From: an uncultured Propionivibrio sp.
Lineage (GTDB): Bacteria > Pseudomonadota > Gammaproteobacteria > Burkholderiales > Rhodocyclaceae
Assembly: GCA_964499185.1 (NCBI GenBank)
Contig: CAZCJW010000002.1
Coordinates: 1-40,494, forward strand
Direction of reading: 5' to 3'
Length of the DNA: 40,494 bases
Shown: piece by piece, positions 25,360-35,140 of the stretch
Numbering within the stretch: the first letter of the stretch is position 1
Layout: each line of letters begins with the position of its first letter
Made by a program: the position numbers and the translations under genes
The notes under the pieces: generated by a model
What the model saw: the letters and a program-made list of their open reading frames with translations, nothing else
Database searches by the model: none
Told to the model about the DNA's origin: nothing

Positions 25360-27866
25360 GCGCTGCCTCCCGTTCGATTTGGCTCAGCCCGGCCGGTCAC
25401 GGGAGATGGCGGCGCTTCGGTCACCCAGGACAGGAGCAGTCGCTGTCCTCCTTGGGCCACCCATCGCGAATTGAGGATCACCGTTATCAGAGTGCCGTCA
25501 CCCCGGCGGAAACGCGCCTCATGATTGCGCATCACACCTCTCTGTTGCAATTGCTCCACGAAAACGGCGCGCTGTTCTGGGTGCTCCCAGGATTCAGCCA
25601 TCCTGTGCGTATCGAAGTAATCCGGGGCCACATCGAGGATTTCCAAAAAGCGTCTGTTGCATCTCAACACCCGACCGTCTTCGGTGACGATGGCTGCCGC
25701 CGCGGGGCTGTCCTCGACGATCTGCCACAGCAACGCCTCGTTCTCCTTCATTGATTCCTCAACCGCCTTGCGCCCGCCAATATCGCGGAAGACCACTACA
25801 ACGCCTACGATTTCGTCCTGCCGATGAATCGCAGTCGTCGTGTATTCGACATGTACGGGGCGACCATCCTTGTGCCAGAAAACCTCGTCATCAACAGTGC
25901 GCGGCATGCCGTCCATGGCCGTCAGGCGGATCGGGCAGGCCTCAGCAGGATAATCACGTCCATCGGAGTATCGGCTGTGTACCAGGGCGTGCATCTCTTG
26001 GCCAACGGCCTCACCCTCGGTGAGTCCGAGCATTTCCAGCGCCGTGCGGTTGACGAATCCGGTGCGTCCGCCGGCATCCGTTCCCCAGATACCATCGGCC
26101 ACTGCGCCGAGGATCAAGCGGTAACGTTCTTCAGTGGCAGCGGTCTGCGCCAGCAACTCGGACGTCCGTTCGGCACGCAGGAGAATATCCAGGTTCAACG
26201 CGATGATTGGCTCCAGGTCGGTGAGAAGCAGCCGATCTTCCTCCGAAAACTCGCGCAGGCTGGCAAGCTCCATTGCGGCAAACAGACGTCCCCCGTATTG
26301 AACCGGGAAAAGCACGATTACCGCCGGACCGGCATCGCCCAATCCGGAGCGTATGCGCAGGTAGCTCGCATCGGGATTGTTCAGGAGGATCAGGCGCCGG
26401 TCACGGACACACTGTCCAAAGAGCCCGCCATGAGCAGCAGGAAGACCACCCGTTCGCCGAGCGTCGAGGCCCGCTTCATCAGCGCCATAAGTGGCCACCA
26501 CGCGCAGCTGCCCTTCCGTTTCCTGCCATAGGCAGAACATGGCCTGCCCCAGTTGCAAACGCGGCGCCAGTTCACCAAGCAGAGAACTGGCCAGCTCATC
26601 GGGGGTCTGCGCTTGCTGCATGCGCGCCGTGATGCTCGCCACCGTATTGCGCCGTTCTACCTGATTTTCCGCCTCGCCCCGTTTTTCTTCGAGCCGGGCA
26701 AACAAGCGGGTCAGCACCAACCGAACCGGCCTGGCCAAAAATTGCCCTGCGAGCACGGAGACGAGGCCGATAACAGCGATGAAAGCAGCCAGGACAATTC
26801 CCCGCTGCAGTGACAAGGCGCTCGCGTCCGCTGCCGGAGCCAGGGCAACGACACGCAGCGGCTGGTCGCCCGCGGAAAATGTCATGGCGCTGGCCAACCA
26901 CGCCTGTCCGTCACCCGCGTCCTCCGCGGAAACGACCATCCTCTGCACACCGTCGCCATCGCGGACGGCTTTCTGTCGCAAGGACAGGCGATAAACGCTG
27001 TCAAGCACGGGCAAGCCAAGTTTTGCCGGTTCCTGCAACAAGGACTGCCGCGTCGTTTCCGGCGTTGCGAAAAGAGGATGGCGAGACAAACCGAGCAGCT
27101 TGCCATCCGCCGTCAGCAGGGCCACCAACGCGTTCTCCCCGGCTAAATGCGGAGCAATAAGGCGGGACAGTCCGACCAGTTCAATGGAAAACGAGAGGAC
27201 CCATTGGTGACCGCGAATGTCGTACCAGCGCACGGAGGCCGAAATCACCGCCTCATCGCCAACTTGCAGCACATGAGGCGCCATCCACACGACCTGCAGC
27301 TCCGGCACCACCATCGCTACCGTGTACCATGGCCGTTGCCGGGGATCCCAATCCTCTTTTTTCCATTCCTCACCCACTTGGGTGCGCGCATTGTTCCACC
27401 GTAACCAGCGCTGCTGCTGGCCGAGCTTCGGCACGTCGGTGATGCGGTTGGCCCACCCCTCCGCCGTTTTCAGCAGGAGCACGGCACGCCCTTCGTCATC
27501 GGCCAACTGGACTGCGCTGACCGGCCATTTGCCGATCAACGGAACCAGCAGCCGGTTGAATGCCGCTGGATCGCTTACGCCAAGCAAGCCGTCGCGGCTC
27601 CATTCCTGCGTTGCGAGCAAGGCTTGCTCGATATCGGCGATCAGTTTTTCGACGTTCTTTCGCGTTTCAAGTGCCGCCGCGTTCACTCGCCACGACGAAA
27701 CCGCCTGAGCCTGCGGTCGGACCTGCAACAGATAGACTGCCGCGGCAAAAACCAAAAGCGCCATGAACACGATCAGTGGCCATATCCAGCCAAGCCGTGC
27801 CAGCAGGTAATGGATGCGCTCGACGCTGTGCAAGCGTTCTTCGGTAGCCGTTCGTTTTCCAGCCAT
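25356..27866 (-). CDS. Membrane sensor (dCache-like-TM-GAF-PAS-PAS) without output domain
   Basis: Likely start ATG 27866 (track start 28043 looks over-extended); WDPRQRPWY Cache motif, GAF (GLFGQC, SGLGDAGP), two PAS; stop overlaps next start (ATGA). Confidence 0.85.
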   Translation of the reverse strand: MAGKRTATEERLHSVERIHYLLARLGWIWPLIVFMALLVFAAAVYLLQVRPQAQAVSSWRVNAAALETRKNVEKLIADIEQALLATQEWSRDGLLGVSDPAAFNRLLVPLIGKWPVSAVQLADDEGRAVLLLKTAEGWANRITDVPKLGQQQRWLRWNNARTQVGEEWKKEDWDPRQRPWYTVAMVVPELQVVWMAPHVLQVGDEAVISASVRWYDIRGHQWVLSFSIELVGLSRLIAPHLAGENALVALLTADGKLLGLSRHPLFATPETTRQSLLQEPAKLGLPVLDSVYRLSLRQKAVRDGDGVQRMVVSAEDAGDGQAWLASAMTFSAGDQPLRVVALAPAADASALSLQRGIVLAAFIAVIGLVSVLAGQFLARPVRLVLTRLFARLEEKRGEAENQVERRNTVASITARMQQAQTPDELASSLLGELAPRLQLGQAMFCLWQETEGQLRVVATYGADEAGLDARRTGGLPAAHGGLFGQCVRDRRLILLNNPDASYLRIRSGLGDAGPAVIVLFPVQYGGRLFAAMELASLREFSEEDRLLLTDLEPIIALNLDILLRAERTSELLAQTAATEERYRLILGAVADGIWGTDAGGRTGFVNRTALEMLGLTEGEAVGQEMHALVHSRYSDGRDYPAEACPIRLTAMDGMPRTVDDEVFWHKDGRPVHVEYTTTAIHRQDEIVGVVVVFRDIGGRKAVEESMKENEALLWQIVEDSPAAAAIVTEDGRVLRCNRRFLEILDVAPDYFDTHRMAESWEHPEQRAVFVEQLQQRGVMRNHEARFRRGDGTLITVILNSRWVAQGGQRLLLSWVTEAPPSPVTGRAEPNRTGGSA

Positions 27867-28164
27867 TTTGACCACGAGCAATCCTCGGCAACGTCGGTTC
27901 CAGAGTCGTGCGGCAAATTTTCGACCACTCCGGAGTCGCAAAGACAATCCGACCGGCAACAACTCTTGTTCAAGTATATGACCGCAAAATCCATTTTCCC
28001 AAACAGGCGGGCGTTTTTTCCCTTCGCCCGATCCTGCGGGCACCTCAGAACCGGTGCCTCACATTACGGTGCTATATAATCCACCGATTGCGCTTCGAAC
28101 GCTCGATCAGGCAATCCGCTGCCGGCGGTAGTCGCCAATGCCAGCGGACAGATCAGGAAAACGG

Positions 28165-29913
28165 ATGAAGAAACGACTCAATTCTGCAATAGCCCGCCTC
28201 GTCTGCTGTTCCGCTGTACTGATCTCGGGATGCGCGAGCGTCGCGCCCACATCCGAACCGTCGCCCTCGCTGTCACAATCCGAAGCACTTCCCAGCCTGC
28301 GAATCTCCGAACAATCGGCAACGTCCGAAACCCGCTCTCGCACGGGCCGCAACGACTGGCAGTCCGTCTCGGACAATATCTTGCCCAAAGTCGAAATACC
28401 CGACCAGCCGCTACCGTCGCAAGCCATCGACCTGACCAGAGACCCGGACGACCTGTTTCAGCGCATGCGCCACGGCTTCGCGATGCCGGACCTGCATGAC
28501 GATTTGGTGCTGTATCACCAGCAGTGGTACATGAACCGCCCGGACTATCTGCGCCGGATGGTCGACCGCAGCAGCCGCTATCTGCACCATATCATCGAGG
28601 AGTTGGACCAACGCGGCATGCCGATGGAACTGGCGTTGCTGCCCATGGTGGAGAGTGCCTACAACCCCATGGCCTACTCGCGCTCAAAGGCATCCGGCCT
28701 GTGGCAATTCATACCGGCCACGGGAAAGCGCTACAACCTGGGGCAGGACTGGTGGAAGGATGAGCGGCGCGACATCGTCGCCTCAACCTCCGCCGCCCTT
28801 GAATATCTGCAGTCCATCTATGAAATGCATGGCGACTGGCATCTCGCCCTGGCCTCGTACAACTGGGGGGAAGGTGCTGTCGGTCGGGCCATTGGCAAGA
28901 ACCGCGCGCGCGGGCTGCCGACCGACTACCTGAGCCTGACCATGCCCAATGAAACAAGGAACTATGTCCCGAAGCTGCAGGCCCTGAAGAACATCTTCCG
29001 CAATCCCGCGCTACTGGCGGAATTGGACCTGCCCAACGTACCCAACCGGCCGTTTTTCGCCACGGTCACTACGGATTCGCACATCGACGTCAAGGTGGCG
29101 GCAAAACTGGCTGAAATGCCGGTGCAGGAATTCGTGGCCCTCAATCCGGCACACAACCGTCCGGTTATCAAGTCTGAAACACCCCTGGTCATCCCCGCCG
29201 AAAAGCTGGAAACCTTCGTCAGCAACCTTGAAGCCCATGAAGAGGACAACAAACCGCTTTCCGCCTGGCAAACCTACACGCTACGCCCGGGCGACAAACT
29301 GGAAAAGGTCGCCCGGCGTTTCGGCATGACCGTCGCCAATCTCAAGGCCATCAATGGCATCAAGGGCAAGACCCGCGCCTCCCCGGGCCTGACCCTTCTC
29401 GTTAACGGGCAGGAGAAAGGCAAGCCGGCGGACATGGCAGCGCTTCGGGAACAACCACACTCCCCGGAGAGCGGTCCCGTGACGCGCGCGAAAACCACGC
29501 TGCATTCGGTCCGCAAAGGCGAAACACTCGCTGGAATTTCCCGACGCTATGGCACGACCGTCGCCGAGCTCAAGCGGACCAACAACCTGAGAAGCGACGT
29601 TATTCCCGCCGGCACGCGACTTCAAGTGGCCGTCCCCATGCCTCCGGAGAAAGCACCCCGTCCTGCCGATGATCAGGCAGGGATGCGCGCTGTTGCGAGC
29701 GCAAAGGCTCCGGCCCGGCCGGACACTGCGCAAAAGCCGACCTCAGGATCAGCGAAAACCACCCGTTACACTGTCCGCCGCGGCGATACGATGTATTCGA
29801 TCGCCCGCAATTTCAAGGTCGCCATCGATGACCTGATGCGCTGGAATCGCCTCTCGTCCAATGCCCTTCAGCCCGGAACAACGCTGACCATCCAGCTTGC
29901 GCAGAACCCCTGA
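28165..29913 (+). CDS. mltD: Membrane-bound lytic murein transglycosylase D (SLT + three LysM)
   Basis: Lipobox LISGC; LPMVESAY, ASGLWQFIP, ALASYNWGEG, ETRNYVPK; three LysM repeats. Confidence 0.94.
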   Translation: MKKRLNSAIARLVCCSAVLISGCASVAPTSEPSPSLSQSEALPSLRISEQSATSETRSRTGRNDWQSVSDNILPKVEIPDQPLPSQAIDLTRDPDDLFQRMRHGFAMPDLHDDLVLYHQQWYMNRPDYLRRMVDRSSRYLHHIIEELDQRGMPMELALLPMVESAYNPMAYSRSKASGLWQFIPATGKRYNLGQDWWKDERRDIVASTSAALEYLQSIYEMHGDWHLALASYNWGEGAVGRAIGKNRARGLPTDYLSLTMPNETRNYVPKLQALKNIFRNPALLAELDLPNVPNRPFFATVTTDSHIDVKVAAKLAEMPVQEFVALNPAHNRPVIKSETPLVIPAEKLETFVSNLEAHEEDNKPLSAWQTYTLRPGDKLEKVARRFGMTVANLKAINGIKGKTRASPGLTLLVNGQEKGKPADMAALREQPHSPESGPVTRAKTTLHSVRKGETLAGISRRYGTTVAELKRTNNLRSDVIPAGTRLQVAVPMPPEKAPRPADDQAGMRAVASAKAPARPDTAQKPTSGSAKTTRYTVRRGDTMYSIARNFKVAIDDLMRWNRLSSNALQPGTTLTIQLAQNP

Positions 29914-30231
29914 ATAGTGGGGACAAACTTCGACGACTGGTGATATCCGAAGTTGACGTTGTACCGAACGACCCGATAATTCTGTCTATACTGAAAGCAC
30001 GGATCTTCGATTGACCCCTGTCACTCGCAAGATTCCGGGTTGAACACCCGCTGTCCTCGTGACAATTCGCACTGCGGGAATACTGCGTTTTCTGCCCCCG
30101 TTGAAGCGGTTGCCACGACAGGGAAGGGAGAAATGCCGAGGATGAAAGAGCTGGAACCTCGGAAGATTGTTTGTTGTCCATTTGTACGTGCAAGTCCGAT
30201 AAACAGTGATTAACACAAGGAGGCACACATC

Positions 30232-30516
30232 ATGGCAGTCAAGATTCTGATCAAACGCAAAATCCAGGATGAAAATCTGGATGCACTGGATTTCCTTCTG
30301 AAAAAGCTGAGAGCGGCGACGGTTGCCCAGCAAGGCTACATCTCGGGAGAGACCTATCGGCGTTTTGACGAGGAGGGCGAAAGCCTGGTCATCAGCACCT
30401 GGCAAAACGTCGATGCATGGCGCAAGTGGTTTGCCAGTGACGAGAGAAAGGAGATTCAGAACCAGATTGATCTCCTTACGGATGAACCAACCACCTACGA
30501 GATTTACATACCCTGA
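30232..30516 (+). CDS. Antibiotic biosynthesis monooxygenase (ABM) family protein
   Basis: AAGGAGG RBS; 94 aa; QQGYISGET...LVISTWQ...AW.KW..S.ER pattern. Confidence 0.85.
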   Translation: MAVKILIKRKIQDENLDALDFLLKKLRAATVAQQGYISGETYRRFDEEGESLVISTWQNVDAWRKWFASDERKEIQNQIDLLTDEPTTYEIYIP

Positions 30517-30606
30517 CGCATTGCTCCTTGAGACAAGCCGCGGATAAAGTCGTCCTCTGTATTCGAGAGTTGAGGGTTACCGTAGCGGCTGACCGCTAAG
30601 ACTCAG

Positions 30607-30647
30607 AGATTTCGGCCTGGAACGGAACACGGTCCGGGCCGGAATTC
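30607..30647. terminator. Possible hairpin between convergent genes
   Basis: gatttcggcctgga ... tccgggccggaatt imperfect stem; no clear U-tract. Confidence 0.35.
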
Positions 30648-30679
30648 TGACAAAGAAGGCCTTTTCCAGAGATCGTTGC

Positions 30680-32716
30680 TCACCTGAACAAATGGCAGCG
30701 CACGCTATGAGTCACTGACAGCGTGCTCCCGTCCGGGTAGTCCGCACGACAGAGGTCCGTTGCCTGCGGGCAACGCGGGTGAAAATGGCAGCCTTGGGGC
30801 GGCTTGGCGGGTGACGGGGTTTCTCCCGCGAGCCGCACGTATCGTTGTTGTTCCTCCACTCGCGGATTCGGAACGGCAGACAGTAATGCCTGCGTATAGG
30901 GATGACGGGGGGCGCGCAACACTTCGCCAACCTGTCCGCGTTCGACGATGCGCCCAAGGTACATCACCGCTACCTCATGGGCCAGATACTCCACCACGGC
31001 AAAATTGTGGGTAATGAACAGATAGGCGATTCCGAGATCGTCCTGCAGGGATTTAAGCAAGTTGAGAATCTGCGCCTGGACCGAGACGTCGAGCGCTGAA
31101 GTCGGCTCATCGCAAACGATCAGTTCCGGTTGAACAGCCAGAGCCCGGGCGATGGCGATGCGCTGACGCTGCCCACCCGAGAACTCGTGGGGATAGCGCT
31201 GCGCGGCATCAGCCGCGAGACCCACCTGTTGCAACAGCACGGCGATCGCGGTTTCCTGTTCGCGGGTCCGTGTAACCACCCGAAGCGAATTCATGCCCTC
31301 GGCGATGATCTCGCCGACCGACATGCGCGGATTGAGCGAGGCGAACGGATCCTGGAAGATCATCTGCATGCGTCGGCGTAACGGCCGCAATTCGCTACGC
31401 GACAGGCAGGCAAGTTCCGTCCCATCGAGCCTTACACTCCCGCCTGTTGGCTTGAGGAGTTGCAGGATGGACTTCCCCACGGTCGTTTTCCCGCAACCTG
31501 ACTCGCCGACCAGTGCCAGCGTGCGGCCACGCGAGAGTTCGAGCGAAACGCCGTCGACGGCTTTGACATGTCCCACCGTGCGCTGCAGAAAACCGTGCCG
31601 AATCGGGAAGTGAACGCGCAGTCCATCAACCTTGAGCAGATCCACCTCCCCGGCCGTCCCCCCGGCAGGAGCCAGGGCCCACTCCTTACGCAGAATTTCC
31701 GGATTTTGCCTTTCACCGGAATGACGATATTCCGCGACCCAGTGACAGCGTACGCGGTGCCCGCCTCCTGTGTCGGTCCATGCGGGCGATTCCTGGCGGC
31801 AGCGCTCCCATGCCTGCGAGCAACGGGTGGCAAAGCGGCACCCCGGCGGCATCGAATCAAGCGACGGTACTTGTCCGGCAATGGTCTCCAGGCGGGCCGC
31901 GCGGCGCGTCATATCGGGTAACGCGGCAAAAAGCTTCTGCGTGTAGGGATGTAGCGGAGTGGAGAAGAAGCTTGCGCGTGGTGCTTCCTCGACGATCTCG
32001 CCGGCGTACATCACACCGACGCGATGCGCCATTCGCGCGACAACGCCGAGGTCGTGCGTGATCAGCAACATTCCCATGGCGCGTTCGGCCTGCAGTCGAC
32101 TCAACAAATCGAGAATCTGGGCCTGGATCGTCACATCGAGCGCGGTCGTCGGCTCATCGGCGATAAGCAGACGGGGATTGCCGGCCAGCGCTATGGCGAT
32201 CATCACGCGCTGTTTCATGCCGCCGGAGAGCTGGAACGGATACTCCGTCAGACGCCGTTGGGCATCGGCGATGCCGACTGCCTTGAGCAATTCGAGCGCC
32301 TGCTGATCGGCTGCCGCACCGGTCAGGTTCAAATGCCGTTCCAGTACCTCGCCGATTTGCCGGCCGACCGTCAGTACCGGATTGAGGCTCGTCGCCGGCT
32401 CCTGGAAAATCATCGCCATGCCGCCGCCGCGCACCGCGCGCATCTCGGCTTCCGGCAGCTGCAGGAGATCGCGTCCATCGAAACGCACCTCACCACCCAG
32501 GATGCGCCCGGCGGCCGGAAGCAAACGCAGTAACGACAAGGCTGTCGCCGATTTCCCGCAACCCGATTCACCAAGCAGCGCTAGCGTCTCGCCAGCAGCC
32601 AGTTCAAAGCTCACGCCATCAACCGCCACCAGCAGCCGGCGATTCGGACCGGCTCCGCTGGCGAAGCCCATGCGCAAGTTGCATGCGCTCAGAACCACGC
32701 CATTGTTGTAGCTCAT
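30680..32716 (-). CDS. Peptide ABC transporter ATP-binding protein (fused DppD/DppF-type)
   Basis: Two NBDs: [21 protein letters not shown] and [21 protein letters not shown], each with HPYT and Cys-rich C-terminal extension. Confidence 0.95.
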   Translation of the reverse strand: MSYNNGVVLSACNLRMGFASGAGPNRRLLVAVDGVSFELAAGETLALLGESGCGKSATALSLLRLLPAAGRILGGEVRFDGRDLLQLPEAEMRAVRGGGMAMIFQEPATSLNPVLTVGRQIGEVLERHLNLTGAAADQQALELLKAVGIADAQRRLTEYPFQLSGGMKQRVMIAIALAGNPRLLIADEPTTALDVTIQAQILDLLSRLQAERAMGMLLITHDLGVVARMAHRVGVMYAGEIVEEAPRASFFSTPLHPYTQKLFAALPDMTRRAARLETIAGQVPSLDSMPPGCRFATRCSQAWERCRQESPAWTDTGGGHRVRCHWVAEYRHSGERQNPEILRKEWALAPAGGTAGEVDLLKVDGLRVHFPIRHGFLQRTVGHVKAVDGVSLELSRGRTLALVGESGCGKTTVGKSILQLLKPTGGSVRLDGTELACLSRSELRPLRRRMQMIFQDPFASLNPRMSVGEIIAEGMNSLRVVTRTREQETAIAVLLQQVGLAADAAQRYPHEFSGGQRQRIAIARALAVQPELIVCDEPTSALDVSVQAQILNLLKSLQDDLGIAYLFITHNFAVVEYLAHEVAVMYLGRIVERGQVGEVLRAPRHPYTQALLSAVPNPRVEEQQRYVRLAGETPSPAKPPQGCHFHPRCPQATDLCRADYPDGSTLSVTHSVRCHLFR

Positions 32717-34149
32717 GTCGCCCCCGCCACACGTGGATCAAAAGCGTCGCGCACCGCATCGGCCAACAGGTTGGCAGCCAACACCAGCGCAAACATGAAC
32801 ACAAAGGCGGATATCAGCGACCACCAGACCATCGGCTCACGGGCCAGTTCCATGCGAGCGTTGTTGATCATCGTTCCGAAGCTGATCATCGTCGGATCGA
32901 CGCCTATGCCGATGTAGGAGAGTACCGCTTCGGCCAGCACCAGGCTGGAAAAATCCATCACCAGCGCGATGATCACGATGTGCATCAGATTGGGCAGGAT
33001 ATGGCGTAGCAGGATGCGCAGGTCGGCAACGCCAAACGCCTGCGCCGCCTGAATGTACTCCAGTTCGCGCAGCTTCAGCGTCTCACCGCGCAGCAGACGG
33101 CACAGCCCGGTCCAGCTGGTCAGTCCGAGGATGAAGCATAGCGCCAGCAGACGCAGATCGGCCCGCTCGGCGGCCGTGGCGAACCACTGTGGATGGGTAT
33201 CAATGATCACCTGCATCATGAGTACCGCCGCAGCGATCAGCAGCACCCCGGGAATTGAGCTGAGCGTCGTGTAAAGATACTGGATTACATCGTCGACCCA
33301 ACCGCGGAAGTAGCCGGCCAGGATGCCGAGCAGAATGGCCAGCGGGAGCGTCACCAGCGTGGTCACCAGCCCGATGACCAGCGCCGTACGCACGCTCTTG
33401 AGTATCTGGTAGAAGACGTCCTGCCCGACCTTGTCGGTGCCGAAGACGTGGTAATCGACGCACAGTGCAAGCACCGGCAGCAGTATCAGCAAGAGCAAAC
33501 CAAGCGTCGCCAGAACAGCATTCCAGGCAAATCCGGTCTCGCCCTTCCACAGGCCGCGCCACGCCTGCCTCACGGCGATGCCATGCCTTTTGGCCAACAC
33601 GCATGCGATCCCCAGCGATACCATGCTCAGGATGGCCAGGGCGACAGCCTCTGCGGCCAGGACTTTTTTCAACACATCGGAACTGCGCTTTTCCTCAGCA
33701 TCGCCCAAATGCGCCCCGCCGAATTTCAGGCGCGGAAAGTCACGCGTCGTTCTCACGCGGCCATCGGGCTCGCGTACTTCGATCGATTCCTTGGCATAGG
33801 CGCGCGTGGCCAACGGTTCTGAATAGGTTTTCTCGTTGCGCGTACGCAGCGGTGTGGCGATGGCATCAAGAAGCGAAAGTACTTCGATGGCGTAGACCAC
33901 CGGCTGGCCGGGCTCGGAATTTACAAGACGTGGCCGGTAGTGCAAAGAGTCGAGCAGTCCAACACCCACAAACACTGCCAGCACCGTGGCTGCAGCCATT
34001 CCCGCCCGGCTGCGCCCCACACGCCGCCAGGCGGCGCGCAGCGGCGGGTTGCGCCACGAGAGCGCCCCGAACGCGCCCCCGGCCAACGCCAGCAGCCAGA
34101 TCAGCACGTCGGACCAGAGCAGCACGGGAAGGACTGGCATGAACGTCAT
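32713..34149 (-). CDS. Peptide ABC transporter permease (DppC/OppC-like)
   Basis: ATG 34149 overlaps upstream stop (ATGA); HVFGTDKVGQD, EYIQAAQAFG..RHILPN, EAVLSYIGIG. Confidence 0.92.
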   Translation of the reverse strand: MTFMPVLPVLLWSDVLIWLLALAGGAFGALSWRNPPLRAAWRRVGRSRAGMAAATVLAVFVGVGLLDSLHYRPRLVNSEPGQPVVYAIEVLSLLDAIATPLRTRNEKTYSEPLATRAYAKESIEVREPDGRVRTTRDFPRLKFGGAHLGDAEEKRSSDVLKKVLAAEAVALAILSMVSLGIACVLAKRHGIAVRQAWRGLWKGETGFAWNAVLATLGLLLLILLPVLALCVDYHVFGTDKVGQDVFYQILKSVRTALVIGLVTTLVTLPLAILLGILAGYFRGWVDDVIQYLYTTLSSIPGVLLIAAAVLMMQVIIDTHPQWFATAAERADLRLLALCFILGLTSWTGLCRLLRGETLKLRELEYIQAAQAFGVADLRILLRHILPNLMHIVIIALVMDFSSLVLAEAVLSYIGIGVDPTMISFGTMINNARMELAREPMVWWSLISAFVFMFALVLAANLLADAVRDAFDPRVAGAT

Positions 34150-35126
34150 CGGTCGAACCTTATTCGTGGATCGACGATAGTGTAGGAAATATCGGTCAAG
34201 ATCAGCCCGATGATGTAGAGCACCGAACCGATGAATACCATCGCCCGCACCACGGCGAAGTCCTGAGCATTGATGGCGTCGATGGTGTAGCTGCCCAGCC
34301 CGGGAATACCGAAGAAGGACTCGGTGAGCAACGACCCCATGAACAGCAGGGGAATCACGACCACCACGCCGGTGAGGATCGGAATCAGCGCATTGCGCAA
34401 CACGTGTCGGAAAAGCACGGTCACCTCCGACAACCCCTTGGCCCGTGCCGTACGCACGTAGTCCTTGCCGATTTCCTCCAGAAAGATGGTGCGGTACCAG
34501 CGCGCCGACGAGCCGATGCCGGAAATGACGCCGATCACCACCGGCAAAATCAGGAATTTCCATGCATCGAGGCCGGCGGTATAGCCCGAGATCGGCACCA
34601 GTCGCCACAGCTTGCTGATCAGGTATTGCCCCCCGATGATATAGAAAAGGCCGGAGATCGACATCATGGCCACGCACAACACGACGCCCCAGAAATCCAG
34701 ATAAGTCGCGCGGAAAAATGCCAGCAACAGCGCAAAGCTCACCGTCACCATCAGTCCGAGGATGAAGGTCGGCAACGCGATGGCCAATGACGGCCCCATG
34801 CGCGATGTGATTTCCCGGGTGATATCGCGCCCGTCCTCTGCACGCCCGAAATCACCGACGAACATGCGCACCGACTTGCTGAAGAAGATCGTATCGGTCA
34901 TCACTGAAACGCCCGAAGCCTTGGAATTGACGAACAACGGCTTGTCGTAGCCACGCTCGGCCTTCCACTTCTCGATGGCCTCGGGCGTCACGCGCTTCAC
35001 GCCCAACTGCATGCGCGCCATGTCGTCCGGCGTATTGACGACGAAAAACAGCGCGAAGGTGATGAGGTTCACACCGATCAGGATCGGAATTGCGTAAAGC
35101 AGACGGCGCAGGAGGTAACTAAGCAT
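34146..35126 (-). CDS. Peptide ABC transporter permease (DppB/OppB-like)
   Basis: YLLRRLL, DYVRTARAKGL..RHVLRNA, ESFFGIPGLG, DPRIR. Confidence 0.94.
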   Translation of the reverse strand: MLSYLLRRLLYAIPILIGVNLITFALFFVVNTPDDMARMQLGVKRVTPEAIEKWKAERGYDKPLFVNSKASGVSVMTDTIFFSKSVRMFVGDFGRAEDGRDITREITSRMGPSLAIALPTFILGLMVTVSFALLLAFFRATYLDFWGVVLCVAMMSISGLFYIIGGQYLISKLWRLVPISGYTAGLDAWKFLILPVVIGVISGIGSSARWYRTIFLEEIGKDYVRTARAKGLSEVTVLFRHVLRNALIPILTGVVVVIPLLFMGSLLTESFFGIPGLGSYTIDAINAQDFAVVRAMVFIGSVLYIIGLILTDISYTIVDPRIRFDR

Positions 35127-35140
35127 TGGCAGGTACTCTC

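Noticed and set aside
34150-34677. N-terminal extension of the 654-aa permease ORF
   Set aside because: Overlaps the DppB-like gene in another frame; ATG 34149 gives a standard ATGA coupling.
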